64,000 nt of DNA from Eledone cirrhosa (GCA_964016885.1 OZ024743.1:8060001-8124000); one strand, 5' to 3'. Positions 39,326-53,334 are shown, counted from the stretch's first letter. Made by a program: numbers and translations. The notes: generated by a model not told the origin, from the letters alone.

Positions 39326-39813
39326 TACTACAGTCAGTAGGCACCTCTATCAAAACACACCCCCGTCCCACCACCTCCACCCCACCCACACCGCCCCTTT
39401 CAATGTAAAGTTATGTTGGTCCCACAACATCCAGGCCGAAACAAATGAGATCGTGTAGGTGTCACGACAAAAAACACACAGTCCACGCTGTAAATGTGGC
39501 CGTGTAGGCAACACGGTAAAAACCTCCCAGCCCCACACTGTAAATGTGGTTGGTGTTAGGAAGGGCATCCAGCTGTAGAAAACCAGCCAGACAGTCCACG
39601 CTGTAATGTGGCCGTGTAGGCAACACGGTAAAAACCTCCCAGCCCCACACTGTAAATGTGGTTGGTGTTAGGAAGGGCATCCAACTGTAGAAAACCCGCC
39701 AGACAGTCCTATGCGAGCAAGACAACCACTCTTGCCTCAAGTGGGAAAACCCCCGTCCAAACCCATGCAAGCGTGGAACACGGACGCTAAACCTGATGAT
39801 GATGATGATGATG
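39326..39813 (+). mobile_element. RTE LINE 3' UTR-only copy (family of 33826-36060)
   Basis: Near-identical reverse complement of 33826-34320, including the internal tandem duplication. Confidence 0.9.
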
Positions 39814-42800
39814 ATATATATAGTGTTAGGAAGGGCATCCAGCCTTAGAAATCTAGCCAAAATCAATTCTGTATGAACAAGACATAGTCTTCTGAACTCG
39901 ACTTGCCTTGAATAGGACAACCTGTCTAACCTATGCTAGCATGGGAAATGGTCATTAAAAGGGTGGTGATGATGATGATATACACATACATAGACGTGTG
40001 TGAATGAAGAGTTTTGGATATAAGATCAATGTCATGGGTTTGATTCCTGAACTGGGAGGCGGGTTCTTTTCTTGAGTAAAACACTTCATTTCACCTTGCC
40101 CTAGTACACTCAGCCTAAACTAAGTACCAAAGTAACTGGGACTTAGTCCTGCAATGGACTTATGTACTGTCTAGGAGGGTGTCTTGTATTCTCAATTACT
40201 TAATGCCGAGGAAACTGGGATAAGCACTGAGCCTCTGGGCTTGAGACAGACTTTAATTTTAAGTATATATATATATGGGGGTGGGTTGTATAAGCGTATA
40301 ATTATATTTGTGTTCATAGACATATTTTTCAAATGCTAACTAGCCTCTTACCACCCTTCTTCCACCATGCTGTCCTCATCCACTCAGCAGAATGTGTGCA
40401 TGTATATCCACTTATCGACAAATGTTAAACATTTTTCCATTCTAGCATAGATTATGAGGTTTCAATACAGCACCCATCCAAGCTTGACAAAACCACACTA
40501 TTTCATCTGCATTAACACAAGTTTCTCTAGCTTCTACATTCCTTTGTATATTATCTAAACAGCAGAGTTTAGTATTCCCCAGCAAACAGACCATGGTCTT
40601 CAATCTGTCACTAATGCCGGAAGCAATTTTTAATTCCTGTAAGAATTTGGCAAATTTAGAGATAATTCTATTTTCCTGTAGATTCAATGCTTCTGATTTA
40701 GGAATAAGTACATATCAGTAGCATAAATAAGGAGAAACTAGTTCAAATAAGAACCAAAATCAAGCAGTGGTGTAGTAGCCAGGAGCCTCGGCTAGCTCTA
40801 CAACATTCATACACCATATTTCCTATTCCTTCATGTATGTAGTAAACCAGTTACTTATTGCTGGTCTTCAATAATGGACACCATTACTAAATATTACCTT
40901 ACACCTTGACAGATTCATTTTCAGTCTTTTTTAAAAAGAAAACACACTTTTGTAAACAAATATTTTAAAACAAAAGTGAATATGAAATAAAAGGTTTCCT
41001 GATTTCTAAGTTTACAGGCATTCCTTCTTCTTCGCTCGCCTATTCCTGAGAGAGTCATTTGAGCAGAGTCCTCTAACACACCTTTTTTGGGTCCTATCAG
41101 AAACAACCGTCTCCAAATGGATCTCCAGATGAGACCACCTGACCATTTTGCTTGAGTCTCCCTCCGGGTATCATCCTGGTTGATTTTGCCTGTAAAATCT
41201 GTCTTGTGATTCTTTCCTTAGACATTCTAACCATGATATAGTTGTAATCTCTGAATGGAGAGGTGACAATATGCACCCTTGACACAGTTTGACTCTTATA
41301 TTGAATGGTCTTGACATAGCACTATTTATCTGAATACAAATACTAGGGCATTCATATAGGTACTTCAAGGCAACAAAAAGCTCTCCACCGATCTCATACT
41401 GTTGCTGAATCCTCCACAACAAACGAGGTAGGTGTAAAAGTCAAACTTGTTATTTTCAGTTCCTACCTCTACCTATAGTCATAATCAAAAGAAAATGATC
41501 ATGTATACAATCGAGCAAAATGGGGTTCCTCTGAAGTATTGTTAGAATGTCTAACCACTTGTTACAGTAGAGCTGCAAAGAGTGCGACATTTGTCCTATC
41601 AGTGCACTCTGCATGTGAGAGGATTTATACTGAAATAGGTGGAGAAGTTCAAGTATATCAAGGCTGTTTTAACGAATGATGGAAGGCATGAGGCTGAAGG
41701 AAATGCAAGAATTGCTGGAGCTGGTACAACAATGCACCAGCTTCAGCACTTGGTCATCAGTGTACATTACACATTTATTGATATAATTCATTCTTTAGTT
41801 CAATTGTAAATCTTCACATTGAAAGAAATTCACGAGAAGATGATAATCTACTTATTGCAAGATCTTGAGTTTGTGGATTTAACCCTTTACCATTTTAGCA
41901 TTTACATTACTCTATATTTACAATTGTATTTTCATGGTAAAGGCTTCACCTCACATAATGATCTCACATAATCTTGAATCTATGTGATTTTGATATTATT
42001 TATTTTGAGATCAATACCTTAACATCAGTATAAGTGGCCTGTTACAGCCAGTTTGAGCAGAAAGAGGTGAGAGAATTCTGGCCGGATACGGCCAGTTTAA
42101 ATGCTAAAGAGTTAAAATATTTTTTTGTTTAATAAATTCAAAATAAACAGGTAATTTGTTCCAAGTCTATTTGAGACTTCATAAATTAACCCAGTGATTT
42201 TGATCTGCTGTAAGGGGTGAACGAATCTAACATTTGGGACACTTGTCCTTTGGAAGGAATAAAAATAAAATACAGATAAAATATTGCTTGAATAGTAATT
42301 TGAGATTTTTTAACCTTTCTAAACCTTTCTAGTTGTCTTCCAGAGGACTATTTCTACATATGTACTTTTACAAGATCTTCCATTTATGTAAATCGCATAG
42401 AGGAAAAAGTACAGTAGTAAACAAAAGAAACAAAAGAAGAAATACGTATAACTGTTAAAAACTGCTTATTATACAGACTTCAGCACAGCACGATGGTCAT
42501 TATTTAAACTAGTTGATTACTCCTAAATACGGTATGTATATATGCATACTGTATATACCCAAACGATTGTAGGCACATGCAGTATGTAAATACGACCATT
42601 CTCACTCCAATCAGTCTACTAACCCTCAGCAAACACCCTAAACCAAACACTAACCTGTACCCATGACTCCTGCCAAGCAAAACTGTACTCGCCCTCCAAA
42701 TTCGGCAATTCAAACGTGGACCATCCATCCTCCAAAACTCAACATACGTAACCAGATGACAATAGTCACCTAATGGAGGAAAACAGCAGCTGTAGTTTCT

Positions 42801-42923
42801 ATATAATAAAACCAAAGCCTGCACTAAGATTCCAGGTTCTAAATCTGCACCATTAAATTCTAAATTTAAACATCATAAAGATATGTGTTACTCCAATATG
42901 GCAATGAAGAGAGAGAAATACAA

Positions 42924-43343
42924 ATAATTGTTTCTACTTTAGGCACAAGGCCAGCAATTACCCAGTGCATTACTGGTACTTTATTTTATCGACCCCGTAA
43001 GGATGAAAGGCAAAGTCAACCTCGGCGGGATTTGAACTCAGATCGTAAAGGGACGTAACTATGCTGGAAAGCATGGCGTCCGACCCTCTACCGATACTGC
43101 CAATCCACCGAGAAATACAAATAATGGTTTCTGATTTAGGTACAAGGCCAGCAAATTTTTTTGGGGGGTGGGGAAAGTCGATTAAATCGACCCTAGTGCG
43201 TAACTGGTACTTTATTTTAGCGACCCGGTAAGGATGAAAGGCAAAGTTTAACCTCGGCGGGATTTGAACTCAGAACGTAAAGGGCCGTAACTCGATGCTG
43301 CAAAGCATGTTGTATGACGCTCTAACGATACTGCCAATCCACC
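42924..43343 (-). mobile_element. Two tandem SINE family 1 copies
   Basis: Reverse complement of the family consensus, twice. Confidence 0.9.
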
Positions 43344-44031
43344 AAATAATGGAGTTTAAAAAGTTGGAAAAATCCATAATATTCTACGAGGTACTTCTCG
43401 TTGAGGATTAGGAGAGATGTATATTGTCTCTCCTCCTGTCCATTCTAATCGTGGATTTTATTTACAGTAATAACAACAATAATAAAAAAAGAAAAGGAAA
43501 CAAATGAAAAAATAGGAAAATAAGAGAAAGAAAAACGGGAAAGGGAGGGGATGGCAAAGGAGAGGATGATTGGCTTTGGGCCTAGGGCGAGGAGGCAGAA
43601 GGGCTGCGGCCAATGGCCAGCGACTGTGGAGAAGAGTGAATGAACAAGGAGTCCTAATACCGTGGACTACAGGACGATGTCTTACAGACCTTCACTTTGC
43701 GGATGGCATTCAATTGTTTATTTTCCTTTGTTCAATGATCTCCCAGGCTTCTCATGTGCATTGGTTACCCAAGCCAGTTATTTAAATGCATCTCTTCCTC
43801 TTTAATCTGGTAAAGTTTTCTTATCAAAATATTTCGCCTGCCTTTCACAGTCTGACAGGAATTTCAATTCTAAAGTATCCGTCTTTGGACAAGTCAGAGT
43901 GTTCTGCACACAACCAATAACATTTTTCTTTTCCAGGTTATACGCACAGTCCATTCTCTTAATATATATGTATATATATAAATATATATGTATATATATA
44001 TATATATATATATAGATATAGATAGGTAAAT

Positions 44032-44405
44032 ATACACGGGTGTGTATGATTGTGTATAGAAGATTATATTAATAAGAGGAATTCCAACTTTGTCTGATTT
44101 ACTCGTTTTATTTACAATCCTTTAAAATATATATAATAGTATTATAATGAAATAGTATGATAGAATATTAAATTCTAAGTGTTAATTGAACAAGTACTTT
44201 CATGCTTTCGCAATCAACTGAAAATTGCAAACTCGACTGTCACCACATATCATGAACCTGAAGATTGCGAAAGCATGAAAGTACTTGTTCAATTAACACT
44301 TAGAATTTAATATTCTATCATACTATTTCATTATAATACCATTATATATATTTTAAAGGATTGTAAATAAAACGAGTAAATCAGACAAAGTTGGAATTCC
44401 TCTTA

Positions 44406-44411
<6 letters not shown>
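44032..44411 (+). mobile_element. Fold-back insertion with about 150-bp near-perfect arms in (TA)n
   Basis: Arms about 44066-44215 / 44263-44411, 47-nt spacer; hammerhead spans spacer and right arm. Confidence 0.8.
44253..44291 (+). ncRNA. Minimal type I hammerhead ribozyme motif
   Basis: ugaac CUGAAGA u ugc-GAAA-gca u GAAA guac UU guuca: 5-bp stem I, GNRA-capped stem II, palindromic AGUACU stem III. Confidence 0.75.
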
Positions 44412-44458
<47 letters not shown>

Positions 44459-45525
44459 TGTCGGGATATTAAAGTAATTAAGTAAATATTTTTTCTTATC
44501 TTGTTTGCTTTTACCAGATACAATTATATATATAATGTGTGTGTGTGTTCCCTGATACACACATACCTTTGAAAATATGTTTGAATTTGGAGTAAGCTAC
44601 AATACAGTTAACTATAGATAATAATTGAATAAGCCGGGTAAAGTACCCTTGGAGACAACGCCTGGGGAAATCGATTCCCACGGGTGTTTGTTTACTTTTT
44701 CGAGAACAATTACATCTTATAGAACTGGTATGTCAAACTAAGGGTCCCCCGAGGGCCACGTGGGTCACCTACGTGTTGCCAGAGGGCTACACACGACAAC
44801 TAATTGCGCACATTACAACTAATTTTAAAAATTTTATATTGCGAAGATAAAACATGCTCACACTGTAAAAACCTTTGTGCGGGCTGCAGATGTGCTTGTA
44901 AAGGGCCGTATGAGTCTTACCTGTAATTCAAAGGGCCAACCTTGTCACATTCGATGAATATACCTCGCCAATCTTTCAGAAGTTCTAATCTTCTCAAGAA
45001 CTTTATTTATATCGTAAAGTCTGGGGAGGAGAAGCAGTAGCCGTAACTCTTGTGAGTCCTCACATATCTACTAGGAAGTTATTTAGCAACTTCGTCAATC
45101 GTCGAGTTGATTCTAAATTCTATTTAGAATTGATTTGACGTGTTCCTTCCATTTTAGTGAAAAGTGAGATTGACCAAACTAGGTTTTGAATTATAAAACT
45201 ATTGGCTTGTTAGTTACTAACAATTATTAACCCTTTACATTTACTATCATATTTTCATGGTAAAGGTTTTACCTGACATAATTATCTCACATAATATCAA
45301 ATCTGTGAGATTTTGATATCATTTATTTTGATAACAATACCTTAACATCAGTATGAGTGGCCAGTTACGGTCAGTTTGAACAGAAAGAGGTGAGAGAATT
45401 CTGGCCGGTTTAAGTGCTAAAGGGTTAAACGCAATGTTTTCACTTTTGTAGTAACTTGACTTCGCGCAGTTAATCTTGTATTGATGGAGTTTGTGTTTTG
45501 AATATCATTTATAAAATCACTTGTG

Positions 45526-45852
45526 AAGACGCGAGGCTTAGTGGTTAGAACGTTGAGCTCACAATTGTATGGTTGTGTGTTGAAGTACTGGACTGGGCGG
45601 TACGTTGTGTTATTGAGCACACCACTTTATTCCACGTTGCTCCAGTTCACTCAGCTGGCAAAAATGAGTCGTACCTGTAATTCAAAGGGCCAACCTTGTC
45701 ACATTCAGTGTCACGCTGAATCTTCCTAAGAACTACGTTAAAGGTACGCGTGTTTGTGGAATGCTCAGCCACTTCCACGTTAATTTCACAAGCAGGCTGT
45801 TCCATTGATCGAATCAACTGGAACTCTCGTCGTCGTAACCGACGGAGAGCCA
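45526..45852 (+). mobile_element. CORE-type tRNA SINE (relatives at about 14255-14550 +, 29793-29940 +, 40030-40260 +, 52940-53052 -, 60897-61150 +)
   Basis: tRNA-like head GGCTTAGTGGTTAG followed by a TTGAGCAAGACACTTTATTTCACGTTGCTC-type core. Confidence 0.75.
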
Positions 45853-47545
45853 CTAAACTAAAAATAAAATCACTTGAAGTCTGTTTTACAATGTAGGTGA
45901 TATGTTTAGTAACTATAGGTAACTTTTCAATAAAAAAATAATCTTTAAAAAACAAAAACCATGGGACTTATCGGGTTTAAACCAGATATAAGCTAACCCT
46001 TTTTGAGCAGTGGTCCGCATAAAATGCGGTTCATCATAAGGCGGGCCGCACTACTAAAAAGATTAAGGACAGTTTTAAAATTAGATATTCAGAAAGCCAA
46101 ACGAGTTGCATGCGACTCGCGGGCCGCAGTTTTCCCATGACTGGTTTAAACCTTTAGCATTTAAACCGGCCATATCCAGCCAGAATTCTCTCACCTATTT
46201 CTGTTCAAACTGGCCATAACCGGCCACTCATACTGTTGTTAAGGTATTGTTCTCAGAATAGATACTATGAGAATCCCGTAGATTCGATATCATATGAGGT
46301 AAAGCTTTTACCACTAAAATTCAATAGTAACTGTAGAGTAATGTAAATATAGGTTAAACTTTTGACTAAAGTTTACTCTCAGACAATCTAAAAGTAGTAA
46401 GTGCTGTTGAATAAGGATTAAGTATTTTGTGATTACAATTTCAGTCCCTGGTTGCAATAATTTCCCTTTGCTTCCGTCTAAATTTCTTTCAATTCGGCCA
46501 TTTTCCCCCTCCTCCCACTATTTATTATTATTATTATTGCATCAACTAATTAACTATTTACTGTCTACTTAAGTACTTCCTCTATTAAAAGTAGTACCGC
46601 AAGATGAGTGAAATATCATCCACTATATAAAAACTACTTGTAGCCACATACATGTTTGTAATTATATATGAATTGTTTTTAATCGTTAAAAGTTAATGAT
46701 ATCAGTTACACATTTTCCAAGTTGGGATAGTTTCAGTTCAAAGATATTAAGAAAAGATGAAATGGTATTCAAGTAGTTTCTATTTTAATAGCGAAATATT
46801 ACTGTGATGACTCTAAGGGTTTCCAAATTCTAGTTTTATTATATCTGTTAATAGAATTTATTCCGAAAGGACCTGTACTTAATCGAAGATCTGTACTAAA
46901 GTTTGGAAGTATATACTTAATGTATCTTCCAAAGTTGATATGATGCACTTCCTAAATGTAACATTATTCAATATTTGCATAACTTCGTAATTCTGTTATA
47001 CAATCTAAGAAATATTGCTAAGCAATACACGGGGATATTTCAAACATGATATGTAATCCTAGTACTAGAATATTGACTAGACGAGAAAATCATACTGCGT
47101 GTCGAGAACAAGGGAACTTGCTAGTTGGCACAATACATACAAGGCAGGCATAACTAGAGATTTTATCTTTAACACTTTTCATCATCCCATTTACACACAA
47201 AGAGCAACATACGAAATTACTTTTTGCATTTCGGAGACTTTTGACTCATCTCCAGAAAATAATTACAACTATGATTGAAGTTAAAAGGTTTGTCTGGAAG
47301 AGGAATAGTATGTTAGAATAAATTGCATGTCAATAAGAAGTGATCTCGGAGATCTAGGTTGGATCGGAAACCGTGGATGTTAGAGAAGAGGGTAGAGAAT
47401 TCTTCAGTAAGTTCAATTATATTATTCGACATTTAGGAAGGGAATTGGTGCTGCGTAACATCATGGTAAATACTAACAACCTGGTCCGAATGCTTGTAAT
47501 ATAGTGAACTCCGATAAAGAGAGTCATGTATCAGGTGGTGATGGC

Positions 47546-47711
47546 CAGGGCCTATGAGAGGGGGTGGGGCAGTCAATACTTTGTTCCGGGGCCCAAGAGC
47601 TAAGATTGCCCAACAACAACCATGCAACATCTATTTTGAAAAAAATCTTTGCCTCCTTCGGGCCCCAAAGGGATCTTGTACCGCCTTGTAAAATTTCTCT
47701 TGGAGGCCCTG
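47546..47711. mobile_element. hAT-like MITE
   Basis: CAGGGCCT / AGGCCCTG ends; 8-bp flanks GTGATGGC / GTGATGGT. Confidence 0.7.
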
Positions 47712-48729
47712 GTGATGGTATTAAACCGGACAGTACCGATGTGCACCTCCCCATCTAAAAAACAAACAAACAACAACAAAAACATAAAAAACTATGGAAT
47801 ATTTACACTTTATACTACAGGAATTTATTAGATAAATGAGAATGTTAGAGACAACAGAAACTAAAGTATCACCCAATTGTTCTTAATTCTTCTCTTGTTG
47901 TTTAGTTTATATTTCTGGGGTTATTTATTGTATAAGACTCAATACTCACGCACATACAACACACACAACAATACATATATATGTGCATGTTAAAAATCTC
48001 CTCTGGCATTTTACGTATTTTATATGTATGTGTGTGTTTTAAAATTCTTTTACTGGTTTCAGTCATATCAACAAAGTATTATTTTATCGATCTCCGAGGG
48101 CGGTGGATTAGCAGTATCGGTAGAGGGTCGGACGCCATGCTTTGCAGCATAGAGTTATGGCCCTTTATGATCTGAGTTCAAATCCCGCCGAGGTTAACTT
48201 TCATCCTTACGGGGTCGATAAAATAAAGTACCAGTAATACACTGCGATAATTGCTGGCCTTGTGCCAAAAGTAGAAATAATTATTTTATCGATCTCTTTT
48301 TATCGCTAAGTTAACTCACAAATAATGTAAACACACACACAGTTTCTTTCAACCAAATTTCTATGATAAGGTATTGATGCTGTAATAGAAGATACTAACG
48401 CAGTAGGACTGGACCTAAAACAACGTTCTTGCGAAGCAAACTCCTTGATCACCCGAGATCTGTGCACGAATACACACACACACATATATACATACATTCA
48501 TACATACAGTGGCGGACTGGCCAGGTTGCCCAATGGCAAGTGGACCCCAGGGGGCCCACGGTAACATTGCAAGAGCCCATAGTAGTATTGCAGGCTCCAC
48601 TGTAGTATTTTAGGGGCCAATGCTTTGCTTTCAAAAAATACCTGAAATCTAAGAGAAAGAATAAAATTAAAATAAAAAAAAATAAAAGAATTAAGCAAAG
48701 CATTTGGTCAACGAGAAGCAAGGGGGACA

Positions 48730-48773
48730 ACCGTCTATGCATTTTAGGCTTGACTGGCCTTCTTCAGGACGGT
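48730..48773 (-). ncRNA. Degenerate minimal hammerhead motif (GAAA changed to AAAA)
   Basis: accguc CUGAAGA aggc-cagucaa-gccu AAAA ugca UA gacggu; homologous to 575-618. Confidence 0.6.
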
Positions 48774-48984
48774 CCCTCCCACCGCTTGCAACTGCTGGAC
48801 TAGAAGACAGGCGAGAATATATAGTTTTCTCGTCTATGTAAATGAGGTGATTAATCTCATTTGCATAGCTACGGCTTCCTAAATGTTTCCTGTAAACATA
48901 CCTACGTGTTTCTTTAGAAATACGAAATTTCTATACATATCTGTATAAAGCTATGCTTGAAGAGAAATCCTATTTCTAACATTA

Positions 48985-49358
48985 AGAAAGACATGCACGA
49001 CACCACAATACTTTGGTTTGAAAATTTTGAAAGTAGGTTTATAAATATGAATTTTCATAAGTTTTTTTGTAGCTGTCTCTGTAACCTAGTGGGATGTACT
49101 AGAGACGGTGGAGATCCTGACCATGGGTTCAATCCTGGTCAAGAGATACATGTAGTCTTTTTCAATTTTTATTTTACAACCAATAAAAAAAAACTGAAAA
49201 GGTTAACTGGGAACCTTACTCCCGACCAGGATCACCACCGTCTATGATTCCTCCAACTAGGCCACCGAGACAACTACGAAAGTATAATGAAAATTGTTAA
49301 GTAGAAACCTACTTTCAAAATCAAAGTTAAAAAGATGTGGTGTCGTTCATGGCTTTCC
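48985..49358. mobile_element. Old MITE-like element with diverged inverted arms of about 145 bp
   Basis: GACATGCACGACACCACA...GACGGTGGAGATCCTG mirrors CAGGATCACCACCGTC...TGTGGTGTCGTTCATGGC. Confidence 0.6.
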
Positions 49359-50017
49359 TAGAGCTATTAGTAATATTTAGGGTCGACTTTTGGTTATTAT
49401 TGAAAGTCTCTGGATTTCGCAAAATACATATTTTTTATTGGTGAAGGTAAGATATTTTCCCCCAAAAATTTGATTGCACTGTTCTGTTTCCACTTATGTA
49501 TTTTTCGAAAATGTTATTTATTCATTATAAAAATTAAATGATAGCATTCTATATGTAGGTGGCCCCTTCATCTCCTGGCAACCAATATTTTTAGACCCAG
49601 TCTGCCACTGCATACATATATATCTGTGCATATGTGTGTATATATATATTGAGAAATATCTAAATATTTATATGTGCATATGTGCGAATATATGTATATC
49701 CGCGCGCGGACACGCGCACACAGACATTGAGGTGAAACATATTCTTGTACATGATCGATGCCATAAGAAGTCCACCATCGTTTTACATAAAAACAGATTA
49801 TTTGCGTTTTTATCATACACACGAATTTTGTTTACCACTTATCAAAACACATTGACATACACAGACGTGAGCGCTTTGGCAAGCACACACCTCCAAACAT
49901 ACAAACAAACACACCGATACACACAAAGACAACATATTCGCACCAATAAACAGGCGTACTCACATATACAAAATGTATTAACAACATACAGGCACGTGCG
50001 TACACGAAACGCGGGAT

Positions 50018-50354
<337 letters not shown>

Positions 50355-52049
50355 TATATATGCATATGCAGAGGTTATATTTAATTTGTTGGGATTCAAC
50401 AAGCTTAAACATTTTTATAACTGATATAAAGCACTCAACAATTTAGTGGAGTAAATACACAATATATTAATAAATGGAAACTATATTTATAAAACCATAT
50501 TTATTTTATTATATATATTTCAAGGGCAACCAAGGCAAATTATGGTGCGCTTTCATCAGATAAAATACAGATTTTTTTTATAAATAAATATTGACATACC
50601 CGGAAAAAAGACAACCTTAAAGGTTGGAGCTTCCTGGATAGTGACTATCCAGGAAGCTCCAACCGTTAAGGTTGATGCTCCACATCACAAACACACAGAG
50701 GCGTGCGTACATACACACACAAGCTCACCCAATACAGTTGCATCATATGAACATGCAAACTTTCCCCCATACACAAATACAGTATTAAAAACACACTCCA
50801 CACCTTAGGCTTCGAACAATCTATAGCTCCGCCTCTCCACTCTCTCTTTCTCCCCCTCTTTCTCTCTGTGTATGTGTGTATGAGCATGTATGTTTATGGT
50901 GTGTGCATGTTGTGTGTGCTTATATGTATGTGTGTGAATACATATACGCACACACAGACACATATATACATACATACCTACATACGACGATGCGCATAGA
51001 CGATTGTGCCCCTTGCTTCTGCTGGACACCACCAGAGGGCGTTAGCCCCCCCCCCCCCGGTGTTTGCATAGCTACGGCTTCCTAAGACCGTATTTCTTTA
51101 GAAATATGAAATTTCTATACATAATATATATATATATCCATATCCTTTGACTATTATACCTGTTCCAGCCATCCGGCTGAGGCCATGTTGGAGCATCAAC
51201 TTTTCCCAGAATATATCATAATTTTATGAACACTGGCTCCCCACAGTCAAGGGCCTGTTTATTTGATATAATAAATATCTTATTAAGTTTTTTTTTTTTA
51301 TATCTGAACTTCATTTGAATATATAAAATGTTATTGTTTCTACTTTAGGCACAAGGCCAGCAATTACCCAGTGCATTACTGGTACTTTATTTTATCGACC
51401 CCGTAAGGATGAAAGGCAAAGTCAACCTCGGCGGGATTTGAACTCAGATCATAAAGGGACGTAACTATGCTGCAAAGCATGGTGTCTGACCCTCTACCGA
51501 TACTGCAAATCCACCGCCCTTATAAAATTTAATTAGCGTAAAATGTTACTTATGTGATATGGGTAAGGCACCATAAGCAATTTATGCTCCTTTAAGAATC
51601 AACAAATGTTGATTTGTCCCCTTCACATTTTTAAGCCAAACGAGGCCCCTGCCCACAGGTGACCAACGATCACAGGCATACAGCCACGCACATTTCTACA
51701 CACCACCCACATTTTCTTCCCATTAACCTACCCTTTCCATAATCATTTTGGCTAAAGTCATTCTCTCTGACATCTAACATGGCTACCATTTGACCACATG
51801 TTTTCACCTTCACATTTTCTTCCTTTTTTATGGAGTGGGGCGTTTTCTTTTTTTTTTCCTTCTTCCCCAAACAATCACTCTGTTGTGTCTATGTTTCTCT
51901 TTCTGATGAAGGACTGGCGCCCAAAACTTTAAGATTCTTTTGTTATTTATTTTAAGTGTATATCTAATGTACTCATAATGTAACGCAATGTTCTCTGGAG
52001 TAGTTCTTTCATTTTCTTTATTTACACGCCCCCCCCCCCCATATATATA

Positions 52050-52250
52050 TATAATAAAGAGTCGGGACCCGACGGCTGATCTCTTGCCGTTTCAACAGCC
52101 AGTTCCGGAGTCCGGAACTGCCTGTTGAAACGGCTAGAGCTCAGCCGTCGGGTACTGACTTTTTATTATATAGCCATACTCTACTACCCCAAGTATCGAG
52201 TACTCTGTTGACTAATGGTTTAACTGTTTTTAAACTGGTTCTATTCTTCT
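52050..52250 (+). mobile_element. Fold-back insertion: about 60-bp GC-rich hairpin arms plus overhang, in (TA)n
   Basis: Centre GTTCCGGA-G-TCCGGAAC; right arm has GAAA-cggct..agccg-TC (3' half of a hammerhead); relatives at 19568-19657, 55328-55445, 62980-63138. Confidence 0.75.
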
Positions 52251-52649
52251 TTCTATATATCTATATATCTATATATCTATATTTTATGAAAGATGGGTGA
52301 AAGTGGCGAGAATGGCCCGTGTGAATGGGCCTTCACTCTACATCAGACTATAGGTGAGGAAGATGAAAGATCAAGGGAGAACCCCCTCTCTGTGCTTCTG
52401 AGGAGAAGGGTTGCACACTTTTTTTCGGGGGTGTGTGCGACCCCCAAGGCGCCTCCTCCCTATTGAGGATTGTGTTATATTTTATTTTATTTTTATACTT
52501 TTATATTTTGTTGTTGCCTCCTCCATATTGAGGACGCCTTTGCATGTAAACTCCCCCCCCCCCATTGTACTTGTCCCACTTTTGATGCCCTGGTGGCAAA
52601 TAAAAAGAAAGTTATCTATCTATCTATTTCTATATATGTACATATACAC

Positions 52650-52690
<41 letters not shown>

Positions 52691-52710
52691 CACACACACA
52701 TACATACATA

Positions 52711-52748
<38 letters not shown>

Positions 52749-53051
52749 TACATACATATATATATATATACATATATACATATATATATATATATGAATA
52801 TATATGTATGTATGAATACATATATATATATTAAAGGAACGATCGACTTTCGTCAAATCGGACCGAGGGAACAATGTTTCCGTTGGTCTTTCCAATTGCT
52901 AATACTATCTATCGGTCGCAATTCCAGGTAGAAGGAGCAACGTGAAATAAAGTGTCTTGCTCAAGGACATAACGCATCGCCTGGTCCAGGAATCGAACTC
53001 ACAGCCTTACGATTGCGAATCCAATTCTCTAACCACTCAGCCACACGCCTT

Positions 53052-53092
<41 letters not shown>

Positions 53093-53334
53093 AAGTATGG
53101 GTTTATCGAATAATAATAATAATAATAATTGTTTCTACTTTTGGCACAAGGCCAGCAATTTCCAGTACATTACTGGTACTTTATTTTATCGACCCCGTAA
53201 GGGTGAAAGGCAAAGTCAACCTCGGCGGGATTTGAACTCAGATCGTAAAGGGACGTAACTATGCTGGAAAGCATGGCGTCCAACCCTCTACCGATACTGC
53301 CAATCCACCGCCATTTTTAATAATAATAATAATA

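Noticed and set aside
40442-42330. Minus-strand 81-aa ORF and possible small intron at about 42251-42314
   Set aside because: Could not be joined into a consistent reading frame and no family was recognised; a non-coding antisense transcript cannot be excluded.
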